Shown: in pieces, positions 45,765 to 55,620 of the stretch
Layout: each line of letters starts with the position of its first letter
How positions within the stretch are numbered: position 1 is the first letter of the stretch
From: a virus
DNA length: 64,000 nucleotides
Strand: one strand, 5' to 3'
IMG/VR virus record: IMGVR_UViG_3300045988_137032
Span: 128,001 to 192,000 of that record
The notes under the pieces: model-generated
Seen by the model: only the letters and a program-made list of their open reading frames with translations
What the model was told of the DNA's origin: nothing
The model's database searches: none
Program-made: the position numbers and the translations under genes

Positions 45765-45890
45765 ACACTCCTCTCCATTGTAGTATATTTTGATATGAAA
45801 CGCTCATAGTTATTGTATTTCCGTAGATTACCTAAGTGTTTTTAGGATCATTTCCTGTGAAATACAATGATTAATCATTTCAAATCATAA

Positions 45891-45907
45891 TATAATGATA
45901 TATTATA
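45891..45907 (-). promoter_or_regulatory. Class 1 17-mer upstream of the portal gene
   Basis: TATAATGATATATTATA on the plus strand, which is the class 1 core on the minus strand, 127 nt upstream of the ATG at 45764. Confidence 0.55.
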
Positions 45908-45985
45908 TCAGTGAATATGAAGTAAGCAATCGGTTTACTTATATTCATTTTGGCCTAGTGTATGCTAGGAGAAAGCGAAAATCAT

Positions 45986-46591
45986 ATGAAGTACGAAATC
46001 AGCAAGAGCTATCTGTGCCGCAGTGACCGGTATGATGATTTTTATATCATCAAGGCAACCAGCGACAACGGAGTCTCCAAGTATTACGAAGGATACTCTC
46101 AGTTGTATAAGGAGTTGCTTTCCAGAACGTCTGATATGAAGTGCTCTTCCTTGAACGGTGATACCATCGAAAAGAGTCCTATCTACCAGACGGTCAGTGC
46201 TGACGATTACAAGCGCCAAATTCTCACTCAGTTCATCCATGGCGTCAAGATGGAGAAAACTTTCTCTGTCGCCATCACCAATGATCTCATTGGATATACA
46301 AGATTTTCTCCGGAATCGTTCGATGAGTTCATGAAGATTCTTTCCACCGGAAAGAGCTATCTGGACGTCAAGAGCGCAGACTTGTTCAGCAAATCCGCTG
46401 ACGGAGATGAGCTCATCGGTATCAAGTACTATGATGCGTGCAAGGATGTCCCGAATGACGAGCAGTATAAGAACACCTTCAACCGTATCCATCGCTTCAT
46501 GAGTGAGGACGGCATCTGCTATTACCTTCTCATGAAGGTTAACAGCATCTACGTGCCGTTCCTTCTGCGTGAGTTCGATCCTATGGCATAA
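45986..46591 (+). CDS. Hypothetical protein
   Basis: Track ORF 45962..46591, with the start moved to M9, behind AGGAGAAAG. Confidence 0.55.
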   Translation: MKYEISKSYLCRSDRYDDFYIIKATSDNGVSKYYEGYSQLYKELLSRTSDMKCSSLNGDTIEKSPIYQTVSADDYKRQILTQFIHGVKMEKTFSVAITNDLIGYTRFSPESFDEFMKILSTGKSYLDVKSADLFSKSADGDELIGIKYYDACKDVPNDEQYKNTFNRIHRFMSEDGICYYLLMKVNSIYVPFLLREFDPMA

Positions 46592-46642
46592 GTCATAGGA
46601 TCTAGGGGCCTGGTAACCAGCTAGGTATCACTTTTGCATAAT

Positions 46643-46691
46643 AAGAACCAAGGTTATTCTAATATTAGAATAACCTTGGTTCTTTTTTTTT
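46643..46691. terminator. Intrinsic terminator (42-nt perfect palindrome plus T-run)
   Basis: AAGAACCAAGGTTATTCTAAT/ATTAGAATAACCTTGGTTCTT followed by T9. Confidence 0.85.
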
Positions 46692-46699
46692 GTTAAGTT

Positions 46700-47365
46700 T
46701 CAGCTATCCTTCTTCACCATTGGAATATAGAAGTTGAACGACTGAGATGTAAATAAACCTATATCGCATCTGAATGATATTAGGTTGAGTTCATTAGAAT
46801 ATTGTCGGGCGCTATACTCGACAATATCTGTATTTTTTTCTGTGACAAGAGGGAAAGCTTCCTTAGTCAGAATCACAGGAACATCATCAACATCTTCAGG
46901 TACAAACTGGAAGTAGTTATTTTCTACGAAGATGTCATTGATTTGTGCTTCTGTCAAATTAAGCTTATGCCAATCATGAAGAATACCATTCAAATCGTAA
47001 TAATACTGAGTACGAGCAATTACATTACTCCTCTCAGAATTAAGACGGACTTGAACTGCTTTTTTTCGATATTCTTCCAAGTCAATATTCTTTTCAAGAT
47101 CTGCTTTGGAAGGACATACGTATTTCTTAAACTCACGAGCATTCGGAATATGGATCATTGATCCAAAATCATCGAATAGATAAAATAACGCTTTCGTTGT
47201 TTTATCATCGAGCTTTATCATGTACGGATAATTTATATCAAGACTGATGACATCACCAGTTTTCATGATGTAAATATCATTCATTACTCTTACGAGTTTT
47301 GTAAATACTTTCCCGATGAGAGTTCTCTCATCATTATCCGGGAGAATTACTTTAGTCGTTGCCAT
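46700..47365 (-). CDS. Hypothetical protein, translationally coupled to the polymerase gene
   Basis: 221 aa. Its ATG overlaps the polymerase stop (TAATG). Confidence 0.6.
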   Translation of the reverse strand: MATTKVILPDNDERTLIGKVFTKLVRVMNDIYIMKTGDVISLDINYPYMIKLDDKTTKALFYLFDDFGSMIHIPNAREFKKYVCPSKADLEKNIDLEEYRKKAVQVRLNSERSNVIARTQYYYDLNGILHDWHKLNLTEAQINDIFVENNYFQFVPEDVDDVPVILTKEAFPLVTEKNTDIVEYSARQYSNELNLISFRCDIGLFTSQSFNFYIPMVKKDS

Positions 47366-49194
47366 TATTTACCGAGCTCCTCCTTCATACGAGCATATAC
47401 GTCAGCTACGGATGGCATATTCATCCATTTCGTTCCAAACGAAGTATAGTTACCTGTCTGGAAGTTATCTATGAATTCCTTACTGCCGTCGCGCTCGCCT
47501 TCTTCAACGAACTTCTTCCATGTAACTCCTTCAAGGGGAATAGGTCCATCGTAAATATCGTACTGGCCAAGATCCATCTGCATCTTAAAAATAAGAGTAG
47601 AAGGATCGATATTCATAGCACGAATACTGGATGGATAGAAAGAAGACATATCGAAGTCAATTGCATTCAGGAAGATATTATTGGAAGTTTGCCCATAGAT
47701 TTTGATACCTACTTTGTCATTATAAGTAGGATCAGCAACCAGTGCACCTTCGAAGCTATCATCTTCCTCAATGATGTTACCGTCTTCATCGTACTTCGGT
47801 TCAGACCGACTTGTATCAAAGAGTACGTTGATATTATTGCCGGGAACAAGTCCACGACTCAAATAGTTCACATACTGCACGTTACGAAGAACGACTGTCT
47901 GTTTGAAGACCTTAGAATACGGAGTTGCGTTCTTATAAGAAGAAACGTAAAGTGTATCAAGGTCAGAAGTTCTGCGTTCAATACCATACTGAAGCAAAAC
48001 GTCTTTGATGTTGTAAGTAACAAACATCTCAAAGTTTGTATAGGGAAGAGTTTTAATGTTACCATCTTCACTATAATCAAGCTTTGTATCTTTCAATTCT
48101 TTCTGAGCAATGTAATTCAGTTTGTAGTTACGTAACTCAGCACCGCCTTTACGATTGGCTGCATACAACTCCATCTGGTCGATAAAGTTTGTATACGATG
48201 AAAGAATCATGATATCATTCTTATTCTTGATCTCAAAGTTTCTAGTATCAGGTTTAAACTGACACACTTTCGATGGGAAATCAGGATGACACATAACATC
48301 AGTAGGATTAAGTCCAAGTCGGATCAATCTTTCAATGATATACGGCATATCGAAGCTGATATTCCAAATCGTAATGAAATCAAGTTCCAAAGAATTGATT
48401 AACTGGAATAACTGTACCAGCATCTTCTTTTCATCAGTAAAGAAATACTGCTTGTATTCCAAATCAGAACCATAAAACTCATCATAAGTTTCATGCATCT
48501 TCTGATTAAATTCTTCTTGGTGGTGCATCATGTAACGCTGCTGATCATGCATACTATCATACATCTTAGCACGCTCAGGATCGTCGCCTTCATACTGACG
48601 ATTCACCAGGAGGAAAGTATAAACGACTTTATCCCATCCATCAATTAAAGTAACTGCATTGATGGGACAGTCTTGTGCAGATGGCATACCGGGGGTTTCA
48701 ATACCATCAACCTCGATATCCATGAATCCTTTATGAAGTTTCTTCACACGGTCATTATCATAGTTCTGAAGCCATCTTGCACGATAAACGGAAATAGGAT
48801 CGTAATCAGATCCAAAAGTATACGGATAAGCAAAAAGCTTTTTATTCTCTCCGTAATTACCAGTCTGGAGATTGCTCTTATAAATCTGAAGCCATTGATC
48901 TCCAGCTTCCAAAGCAATTGCTCTCTGTACATCTTTATACGGAACCACCTTGCAATAGAGGTGGTCAATCGGAGAGTAGTTCTTACAGTAATCATGATCC
49001 CGGTATTCCTCTTTCTCAAAGTAAATAGGAATAACGGGATTCTTCTGTGTAATCAGGTATTTTTTACCTGTATCAAGATTCCTCCAAATCACATAGAGGT
49101 AATCATCATTCTGACCTTTCTTACGGTCAGGTTTTACATATTGAATATCGACGAGCATTGCATTTTCTTTACTAGGTTTAGGTCCATTCAGCAT
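47365..49194 (-). CDS. Family B DNA polymerase, N-terminal part (exonuclease domain plus motif A only)
   Basis: Exo I FMDIEVDG, Exo II WNISFDMPYI, Exo III YNIKDVLL and Pol motif A DFDMSSFYPSS. The ORF ends about 85 aa later, without motifs B or C. Confidence 0.8.
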   Translation of the reverse strand: MLNGPKPSKENAMLVDIQYVKPDRKKGQNDDYLYVIWRNLDTGKKYLITQKNPVIPIYFEKEEYRDHDYCKNYSPIDHLYCKVVPYKDVQRAIALEAGDQWLQIYKSNLQTGNYGENKKLFAYPYTFGSDYDPISVYRARWLQNYDNDRVKKLHKGFMDIEVDGIETPGMPSAQDCPINAVTLIDGWDKVVYTFLLVNRQYEGDDPERAKMYDSMHDQQRYMMHHQEEFNQKMHETYDEFYGSDLEYKQYFFTDEKKMLVQLFQLINSLELDFITIWNISFDMPYIIERLIRLGLNPTDVMCHPDFPSKVCQFKPDTRNFEIKNKNDIMILSSYTNFIDQMELYAANRKGGAELRNYKLNYIAQKELKDTKLDYSEDGNIKTLPYTNFEMFVTYNIKDVLLQYGIERRTSDLDTLYVSSYKNATPYSKVFKQTVVLRNVQYVNYLSRGLVPGNNINVLFDTSRSEPKYDEDGNIIEEDDSFEGALVADPTYNDKVGIKIYGQTSNNIFLNAIDFDMSSFYPSSIRAMNIDPSTLIFKMQMDLGQYDIYDGPIPLEGVTWKKFVEEGERDGSKEFIDNFQTGNYTSFGTKWMNMPSVADVYARMKEELGK

Positions 49195-49317
49195 ACTACT
49201 CAGTCTCCTTTATGATTATACTTTTGATTAGACTACTGTCATCCTGACCATTAAAAGTGATAGTGAAAACAGAGACTTAAGTTTCTAGGCTTTACATATA
49301 TTACTCTAAGGAGAAAG

Positions 49318-50424
49318 GTGGTTAAACAAATCATGAGTTATCACTATGATGATTTGCCGAAGGACGACATTGAATTTGATGTTGGTTTGAAGCCAAGTAG
49401 AGCAAAAAGCCTTCTTAACGCTACGGCGGATCTCGATGATGATTTTGATACAGGCACTTGCGTTCTGGCTTCTGATCTCTTGGCAAATGCTGAGAAAAAG
49501 AAGGCAGAACGCAAGCGTTCTGCTAAGTTGGCTGAAGAAGCTGAAAAGGAAGAGTACATGGCAGAAATGCGTTCTCTTTCTGGTGAAGATGCAGATTTGA
49601 ATTTCGCATTTGAATCTGCTAAAAAGAAAAAGAAGAAGAAAAAGAAAAATAAGAAGAAGTTCAACGATATCTTCGGATTCAATGATGACGATGAAGATAG
49701 TGAAGGTAAGAAAAAGAAGAAAGACGGTCAGCCGATCAATCACAAGAAAGAGTTTGATGCTGAGCTGACACTTCTTCGTTCTATGCAAGTTGAACAGAGT
49801 AAATTCGTAGATTCTCTGCAGAAGAAATATGACCAGCTTGAGAATAGTAAGAGTAGTGCACGTGGTATTGGTAAGTTTACTACTGATCTTATCAATAGTA
49901 TCACCACTGCACGTTCTACAAATCTCCAGATTGTCAATGCCATGATTTCTACAAAGAAGAGTATTGCTGATATGAATTTCAAGGAACGCAAGGAATTTGG
50001 CTCTTCCAATTCTTCCGAGAATGCAAGCATTGTCAACTATGCATCCACTTATCTTAAGACGATGATGGATGCTGGACGTAGTAACATTGCAAATCCTTCT
50101 GATAATAATTCTCAAGGATATGATTCTGTGGATGATGACGATGACTTATTAGATGGAATCAATGATAGTCTGGGCGATGAGAACCGGAGTGATGAAACTC
50201 TATCTTATCTGAAGTACGAGAATCGTGGCGTAAAGATTAATGTCATTTGGCATGATGATCTTAGCGATGACGATCCAAATAAGTATGAATTCCAGGCTGT
50301 CGATAAAGATGGCGTTGTTCTTGATGATTATCCCCTTCCTGACCACACTCGTATGAGTATCAACCGTTCTACTTCGATTGCTACAGATCTCTATGGCAAC
50401 AAGTACCGGCTGATAGTGGTTTAA
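49318..50424 (+). CDS. Hypothetical protein with a Lys-rich tract
   Basis: 368 aa, contains AKKKKKKKKNKKK. The start is uncertain: GTG 49318 or ATG 49333. Confidence 0.55.
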   Translation: MVKQIMSYHYDDLPKDDIEFDVGLKPSRAKSLLNATADLDDDFDTGTCVLASDLLANAEKKKAERKRSAKLAEEAEKEEYMAEMRSLSGEDADLNFAFESAKKKKKKKKKNKKKFNDIFGFNDDDEDSEGKKKKKDGQPINHKKEFDAELTLLRSMQVEQSKFVDSLQKKYDQLENSKSSARGIGKFTTDLINSITTARSTNLQIVNAMISTKKSIADMNFKERKEFGSSNSSENASIVNYASTYLKTMMDAGRSNIANPSDNNSQGYDSVDDDDDLLDGINDSLGDENRSDETLSYLKYENRGVKINVIWHDDLSDDDPNKYEFQAVDKDGVVLDDYPLPDHTRMSINRSTSIATDLYGNKYRLIVV

Positions 50425-50495
50425 AAACATACAGATAATACCTGTGTATTCCCTGTATTTAAACAAAAATATCTTAAGAAAGGGTGATAATCTAC

Positions 50496-51197
50496 ATGCC
50501 GAAGATTGTTAAATCGGGCATTGTATACTCGTCTGGCTCCACAATGCCTGCGGCTAACATCCCGTATACTCCGCCTTCTGGTAGTGGTTCCACTGCTACT
50601 ACGGCTAAAGCTGCTATCGATGAAGCACTCACAGGCGTTAAGGATTTGAAGTCCAGTCTTTCTACTACTAACGGTAATGTCACTTCTGTTACGAATAAGG
50701 CTGATACCAATGCGTCGAATATCACTAAACTGACAACTCGTATGGGTACTGCTGAAACCAATATCAATAATGTGACGAGTACTGCTAATAGTCTGAATGC
50801 AACTTCAAGTCTTGCTGTGACTGCTGTAGCTGATAGCTATACAAGTGCTAAGAGTATTTCTGCTTGGAAGAACGGTCATATGATCGTTGTGCGTGGTACC
50901 CTTACTATTAGTAAGCAAATCCCGAAGGGTAGTTCGTTCAATATCTGCACACTTCCCACTGCTACTGCAACAGCAGCATTCAGTGGTAACACTGCAGATG
51001 CATTTGCTCGGACTACGACTTCTCTGCTGACGTCCATCGAGAGTACTGACTCTGTCAATATTACTCCGACGACAGTTACCTGCATGCTTCCTTGTGCTAT
51101 TACTCTCAGTACAGCAACACTTGCATTCTCGAATGCAAGTGACGCTATTCCGGCAGGTAGCACCATTACTTTCAGTATGGTGTATATTGCCAAGTAA
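50496..51197 (+). CDS. Fibre-like structural protein
   Basis: Track ORF 50484..51197, with the start moved to M5. It has S/T/N/A-rich repeats (TTNGNVTSVTNKADTNASNITKLTT). Confidence 0.5.
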   Translation: MPKIVKSGIVYSSGSTMPAANIPYTPPSGSGSTATTAKAAIDEALTGVKDLKSSLSTTNGNVTSVTNKADTNASNITKLTTRMGTAETNINNVTSTANSLNATSSLAVTAVADSYTSAKSISAWKNGHMIVVRGTLTISKQIPKGSSFNICTLPTATATAAFSGNTADAFARTTTSLLTSIESTDSVNITPTTVTCMLPCAITLSTATLAFSNASDAIPAGSTITFSMVYIAK

Positions 51198-51215
51198 TGA
51201 GGAGGTGAGAGAAAG

Positions 51216-52523
51216 ATGATTAAGCGTAATAATGAAATCGTTGCAACTGCTGATCAGAATATTACGATTACGCAGGCTGAATACAATAAACTCACTAACA
51301 CAGAGAAGAATAATCCTCTGAAGACTTACTTCATCTCCGATGGAGCTGTTGCTGCAGACGCGGCTTCTTCTACTTATTCTATGATGGCGGGTCGTCGGGC
51401 TATGGCTACGTACGCGAGTCTTTCGTCTGCTGAGAGCGATGATGTAGATCCAATCGATGATGCTGCTGGCGTTACTGGTGCTGAGAGTATTGAGTATACT
51501 GATACTGAGATTCTCGCACTGCGTCTGCAGGAACTGCTTGGTTATGCTCCAACTCTGGATGAGTATAGCGATACTGGCGATGGCACCATCATGGGCGCTA
51601 TTGTTGATCTGTATACACGTCTTGGTGTTAAGCCTACCAATCCGGATGTTGATCCTGCTGAGTACGAGGGCGTTACCATCTTCGATTATGTCAATCTGGT
51701 TGGCGATCCTACTATCCTTGCGAAATATGATATGCCGAACGTGACTGCTGCTCTGGCTGACATGTATACTCGTATGCAGGCCGCTGAGGAAGCAGCTAAG
51801 AAGAAGGAAGAGGAAGCCGCTGCTGCTGCGCAGAAGGCTAAGGAAGCTGAGGAAGCCGCAAAGGCTGCTGAAGCTGCTGCTAAGGAGAGAGAAGCTGAGG
51901 CTGAAGCTGCAAAGCAGAAAGCTATCGATGCTGAGAATAATGCTGCTGAGGCAACGAAGGCCGCTGCAGAAGCATCCATTAAGCAGATTGAGTATGTCAA
52001 TGCTGCTAAGGAAGCTGCTAAGAAGGCCCAGGCTGCCGCACAGAAGGCTGCTGATGATGCAACTGTTGCTGCTCAGAAGGCCGCCGAAGATGCCGCTGCT
52101 GAGCAGGAGGCTAAGCACATTGCTGCAGCTAAGGAAGCTGCAAGCCGTGCAGAATATGCTGCAACTAGCGCTGCTGCATCTGCTGAGTCTGCATCCAAGA
52201 TCGTTGATAAGCTGAAGGCTGACAACAACGTGACTGATGAGACTCCGAAGAAGGATGAGAATACCGATACAAAGACTCCTTCCGATACTGAGTCTACTGG
52301 TAATGAGCCCAGCAAAACCGAATCTGGTGAGAAGGGCAATACTACCGAGACAACTACTGAGGAAACAACCACTCCCAGCGAGTCTACCGAAACTGTGACT
52401 CCTTCTGAGTCAACTGGTAAGGAACCCTCTGGTGAAGTGACTGATACAACTTCCTCTGAGATCACTGGTGAGACTACTCCCGCTAAGGAAGATACCACCA
52501 GCCAGGATTCTTCTGCGGAATAA
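51216..52523 (+). CDS. Fibre-like protein with an Ala/Glu/Lys coiled-coil and a Thr/Glu/Ser-rich tail
   Basis: The N-terminal ITITQAEYNKLTNTEKNNPLKTYFISD is a motif common in phage minor structural and fibre proteins. It is followed by a long AAKEAEEAAKAAEAAAKE low-complexity region. Confidence 0.5.
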   Translation: MIKRNNEIVATADQNITITQAEYNKLTNTEKNNPLKTYFISDGAVAADAASSTYSMMAGRRAMATYASLSSAESDDVDPIDDAAGVTGAESIEYTDTEILALRLQELLGYAPTLDEYSDTGDGTIMGAIVDLYTRLGVKPTNPDVDPAEYEGVTIFDYVNLVGDPTILAKYDMPNVTAALADMYTRMQAAEEAAKKKEEEAAAAAQKAKEAEEAAKAAEAAAKEREAEAEAAKQKAIDAENNAAEATKAAAEASIKQIEYVNAAKEAAKKAQAAAQKAADDATVAAQKAAEDAAAEQEAKHIAAAKEAASRAEYAATSAAASAESASKIVDKLKADNNVTDETPKKDENTDTKTPSDTESTGNEPSKTESGEKGNTTETTTEETTTPSESTETVTPSESTGKEPSGEVTDTTSSEITGETTPAKEDTTSQDSSAE

Positions 52524-52563
52524 TCCTATAAATACAGCTGTATTTATACGATAAAAGTATAAT

Positions 52564-52607
52564 AAATCCCTATGGATTCTTTTTATAAGATATCCATAGG
52601 GATTTTT
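52564..52607 (+). terminator. Intrinsic terminator
   Basis: AAATCCCTATGGAT ... ATCCATAGGGATTT plus a T-run. Confidence 0.8.
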
Positions 52608-52839
52608 GAGTCTAAGAAAGAATAATCCAGACTACTGTAGTTTAATTGCGGTGTAAACTACAATAGCCTGGATTATTATACTTACTGGACTGTGACGTTG
52701 AAACGAAAAAAGCAGATATTGTTTGATGAAAAAGGAATCAAAGAACGGCAGGTAATAATGTGCGGTCATTATCACCCTACAAATTTGTTCACTTATATAT
52801 TCTAAATATATAATAAAAATACTTTGGAGGTATAGTATC

Positions 52840-53358
52840 ATGCAACAGATCATTCAAACCATTAAGAACGGAATCACAAAGATGAAACTTAACTACTCGA
52901 AAAAGAGCGATGGACTTTATCTTTTCTTTGAAAAAGACAATTCCGTTGAAATCAACGAAGTATGGATTACTAGCGCAATTATGCAATGCCCTGTATTGAA
53001 GAAAAAGAATGCTAAGGGAGAATACATCCCTGTGAAAATGCAGTACGTGGAAGAGCACGAAACTATTAAATTTAAATTTAAGCCGGATGCAGATTACGTC
53101 ATCTACATCCCGAAAGCAAATCGTATTACGAAGATCACTCTGGATTATACCACAGTAACGAATCCTCTGAGTGATTTTGCTCGTATTACGTCATTGACGT
53201 ATTTGTCTATCGTTGGTACGAAGATCCATGGAAATGTGAATGATCTTAAAAAGCTTCCTTTCCTTGGACAGCTCTATCTCAGCGACACTTACATTAAGGG
53301 AATTACAAATACCATTTTTAATAACTGGAATCGTCTTATCGTTCATAATGTATATTAA
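52840..53358 (+). CDS. Hypothetical protein, LRR-like C-terminus
   Basis: ITSLTYLSIVGTKIHGNVNDLKKLPFLGQLYLSDTYIKGI fits an LxxLxLxxxxIxG periodicity. Confidence 0.4.
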   Translation: MQQIIQTIKNGITKMKLNYSKKSDGLYLFFEKDNSVEINEVWITSAIMQCPVLKKKNAKGEYIPVKMQYVEEHETIKFKFKPDADYVIYIPKANRITKITLDYTTVTNPLSDFARITSLTYLSIVGTKIHGNVNDLKKLPFLGQLYLSDTYIKGITNTIFNNWNRLIVHNVY

Positions 53359-53377
53359 TGAGAGGGGATAGATTTCA

Positions 53378-54160
53378 GTGAACCCAAAGTTGATTAAGAG
53401 TGAAAGAGATTTCGTCAAATACGCTATTGAGCATCGTACTATTGTGAATGAAGAGAATATGTATCCTTACATTGTATTCCAATATAAAGCACCTGGCAGA
53501 TACACATATCCCGCTCACGATCTCGAAATCTTTATGAGGCATAGTATTCTTAGAGATAGAAGACTTCATTGCCCATCTCTTCGGATTGTACATAGCCCAA
53601 ACTGTGATCTTATGACAGACAACGGGCATCGTGATTGTGGATTGAGAAGATGCACAAGAAAGTTACTTCATCCGAATCGTGTTACTGAATTCAAGATTCA
53701 TATGAAAACTGATGGAGTTGCTTATCTTGGATTCTTTGGTGAAGGAGTTAATTATATTGACTATATCTCAATGGTAAGTCATATGACAATTAAATCCGAG
53801 CATATTGGAAAATGTAAGGAATTGGAAAATCTCGTAGTAAGTCCTTCATCATCCATTGCAAAATTTGATATGCAAGATATTCCAAAAAATATTAAATTTC
53901 TTAAGATTGATGGAGATATGTATTCAGCAGTAAATGGAAACATTGAAACGCTGATTACTCGGAAGCATCTGTACTCTTTGTATCTCGTTGGATATGGATA
54001 CACCGGGGATGTAAAGAAGCTAATTTCCATGAGTAATATTAAGAACGCAAGCATCATGGCTCCGAACGCAACCGGATTTAATGAGATTAAGAAAAGTGAT
54101 TTTCCGACAGCACTCCAATTCGATTCTGGAGATTGTTGGGTAAATATCATGAAACGGTAA
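53378..54160 (+). CDS. Hypothetical protein, LRR-like C-terminus
   Basis: GTG start 9 nt after GAGAGGGGA. Contains NIKFLKIDGDMYSAVNGNIETLITRKHLYSLYLVGYGYTGDVKKL. Confidence 0.4.
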   Translation: MNPKLIKSERDFVKYAIEHRTIVNEENMYPYIVFQYKAPGRYTYPAHDLEIFMRHSILRDRRLHCPSLRIVHSPNCDLMTDNGHRDCGLRRCTRKLLHPNRVTEFKIHMKTDGVAYLGFFGEGVNYIDYISMVSHMTIKSEHIGKCKELENLVVSPSSSIAKFDMQDIPKNIKFLKIDGDMYSAVNGNIETLITRKHLYSLYLVGYGYTGDVKKLISMSNIKNASIMAPNATGFNEIKKSDFPTALQFDSGDCWVNIMKR

Positions 54161-54162
54161 AT

Positions 54163-54207
54163 AAAGACAGTGGAAGTCAATTACGATTTCCACTGTCTTT
54201 ATTTTTT
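54163..54207. terminator. Bidirectional intrinsic terminator
   Basis: AAAGACAGTGGAA ... TTCCACTGTCTTT plus T6. Confidence 0.85.
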
Positions 54208-54850
54208 ACTTAATCTTTGCGATAGCCTTCCATGTAATGGGGCCACAGATGCCATCAGCAGTCAAGCCGTTTGCCTGCTGTACTTTCTTCACAGCAGCAA
54301 TAGTGCCGGGGCCATACTTACCATCTTCAGCAATGCCAAGGCAAGACTGAAGCATCATGATTGCAGTCTTATTGGTTTCACCCTGAGAGGTCGGGCCAAC
54401 GGTAGGCATGAAACTGTTGATGTAGTTGTAAGTAGCACCCCTACGGCAAAGCCACTTACACGGAGAAGGACGTGTATCGACATGCACAACCTGCTCAGAA
54501 GGCTTACGATGATACATACCAATACCACGGAAACCAACTTCCTTAGCAAGCATACCGAGCTGAACGCAAGTAATACCCTGTACCCAGATATCAGCAGCCT
54601 TACCACGTGTATGCATACCGTGACCAGAACCACCTACAGCCTTATCATGTGCAGGAGAACGGTAGCCAGAATTGATGTTAATAGCCCTACCACCAAGACG
54701 AGCACGTAGAGTTTCAAGTCTCTGTACAAGCTCATCATCAACGAGAACGGTCTTACTAACACCATTGTCCTTACATGCAAATTCATGAAGCATGAAGTTT
54801 GCAGAAAGATTTACATCAGGCGTACGAGGATACGTCTTAACATTACCCAT
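54206..54850 (-). CDS. Endolysin: peptidase M15A domain plus C-terminal peptidoglycan-binding domain
   Basis: SGYRSPAHDKAVGGSGHGMHTRGKAADI and HVD. The C-terminal GKYGPGTIAAVKKVQQANGLTADGICGPITWKAI is PG_binding_1-like. Confidence 0.85.
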   Translation of the reverse strand: MGNVKTYPRTPDVNLSANFMLHEFACKDNGVSKTVLVDDELVQRLETLRARLGGRAININSGYRSPAHDKAVGGSGHGMHTRGKAADIWVQGITCVQLGMLAKEVGFRGIGMYHRKPSEQVVHVDTRPSPCKWLCRRGATYNYINSFMPTVGPTSQGETNKTAIMMLQSCLGIAEDGKYGPGTIAAVKKVQQANGLTADGICGPITWKAIAKIK

Positions 54851-54997
54851 ATTGTATTACTCCTTTCATACATTGGATTTATGTATCTGTTACGGGGTCA
54901 TATGGTCTCCCAACACATCTATAATACTCTGCACTTTATAGCTGCCCAACTATAAAGTGTAGTCTATTGAATCTTTTGTAAGCGAGGTATCGGAACA

Positions 54998-55447
54998 ATG
55001 GGCTTATTCGACATGGATTCCAATGAATTAGCCAGAGCGATAGGTCAAGCATTGATCTACTTAATTGCTAGTGGCACTCTCATTGAAATCTCACCTATTA
55101 AGTTCAACCCAATTACAATGGTTCTCAAATGGATGGGCGATAAAATGAATTCTGGGATCAAAGCTGAGCTTGATGCTTTGAAGAAAGCTCAGGAAGAGCA
55201 ACGTAAAGATTTTCGAGACTATAAAGTCGCCCAATATCGATACGAAATCTTCCAGTTTGAGAACGAGATTCGAGACAACAATGATCACCATACTGAAGAG
55301 CAGTATAATCATATTCTCGAACAATGCAAAAGCTACGAAGACTATTGCAAAGAATACAATATACCGAATGGTAAAGCAGAGATGGCCATCAAGCACATAC
55401 GTGATGTGTGTTATGACCATCTCAGAGACGATTCTTTTCAAAAATGA
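54998..55447 (+). CDS. Hypothetical protein with an N-terminal hydrophobic helix (weak holin candidate)
   Basis: 149 aa with AIGQALIYLIASGTLIEI followed by a charged coiled-coil. It is divergent from the endolysin. Confidence 0.35.
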   Translation: MGLFDMDSNELARAIGQALIYLIASGTLIEISPIKFNPITMVLKWMGDKMNSGIKAELDALKKAQEEQRKDFRDYKVAQYRYEIFQFENEIRDNNDHHTEEQYNHILEQCKSYEDYCKEYNIPNGKAEMAIKHIRDVCYDHLRDDSFQK

Positions 55448-55524
55448 TTATGTAGCTATGACCAAGAGTGAAATATATCCTTATATGAAGAATAAATGTG
55501 GGCCTTGTCTTGCAAAGATTTGGC

Positions 55525-55570
55525 GAAGAACACCACTTAGTAATCGGGTTGATACTAAGTGGTGTTCTTC
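55525..55570 (+). terminator. 18-bp-stem hairpin, terminator-like
   Basis: GAAGAACACCACTTAGTA ... TACTAAGTGGTGTTCTTC. Confidence 0.5.
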
Positions 55571-55620
55571 TATTGTTACCGAAACAAACGATTAGTAATC
55601 CTATAAGGAGGTCTATCTAA

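Noticed and set aside
46700-47365. 221-aa gene coupled to the polymerase as the missing polymerase C-terminal half, or as a homing endonuclease
   Set aside because: It contains no motif B or C, and no GIY-YIG, HNH or LAGLIDADG signatures that I can see. Its function is left open.
49615-49660. Lys-run coding stretch (AAAAAGAAAAAGAAGAAGAAAAAGAAAAATAAGAAGAAG) as a slippage site
   Set aside because: G residues interrupt it every few bases, so it is not a true homopolymer. The gene is in frame throughout.
50805-52118. 437-aa minus-strand ORF, plus several ~100-aa ORFs in other frames, across 50496..52523
   Set aside because: These are artefacts of repetitive, codon-biased S/T/A-rich fibre genes. 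The minus-strand product is an L/S/C-rich low-complexity string.
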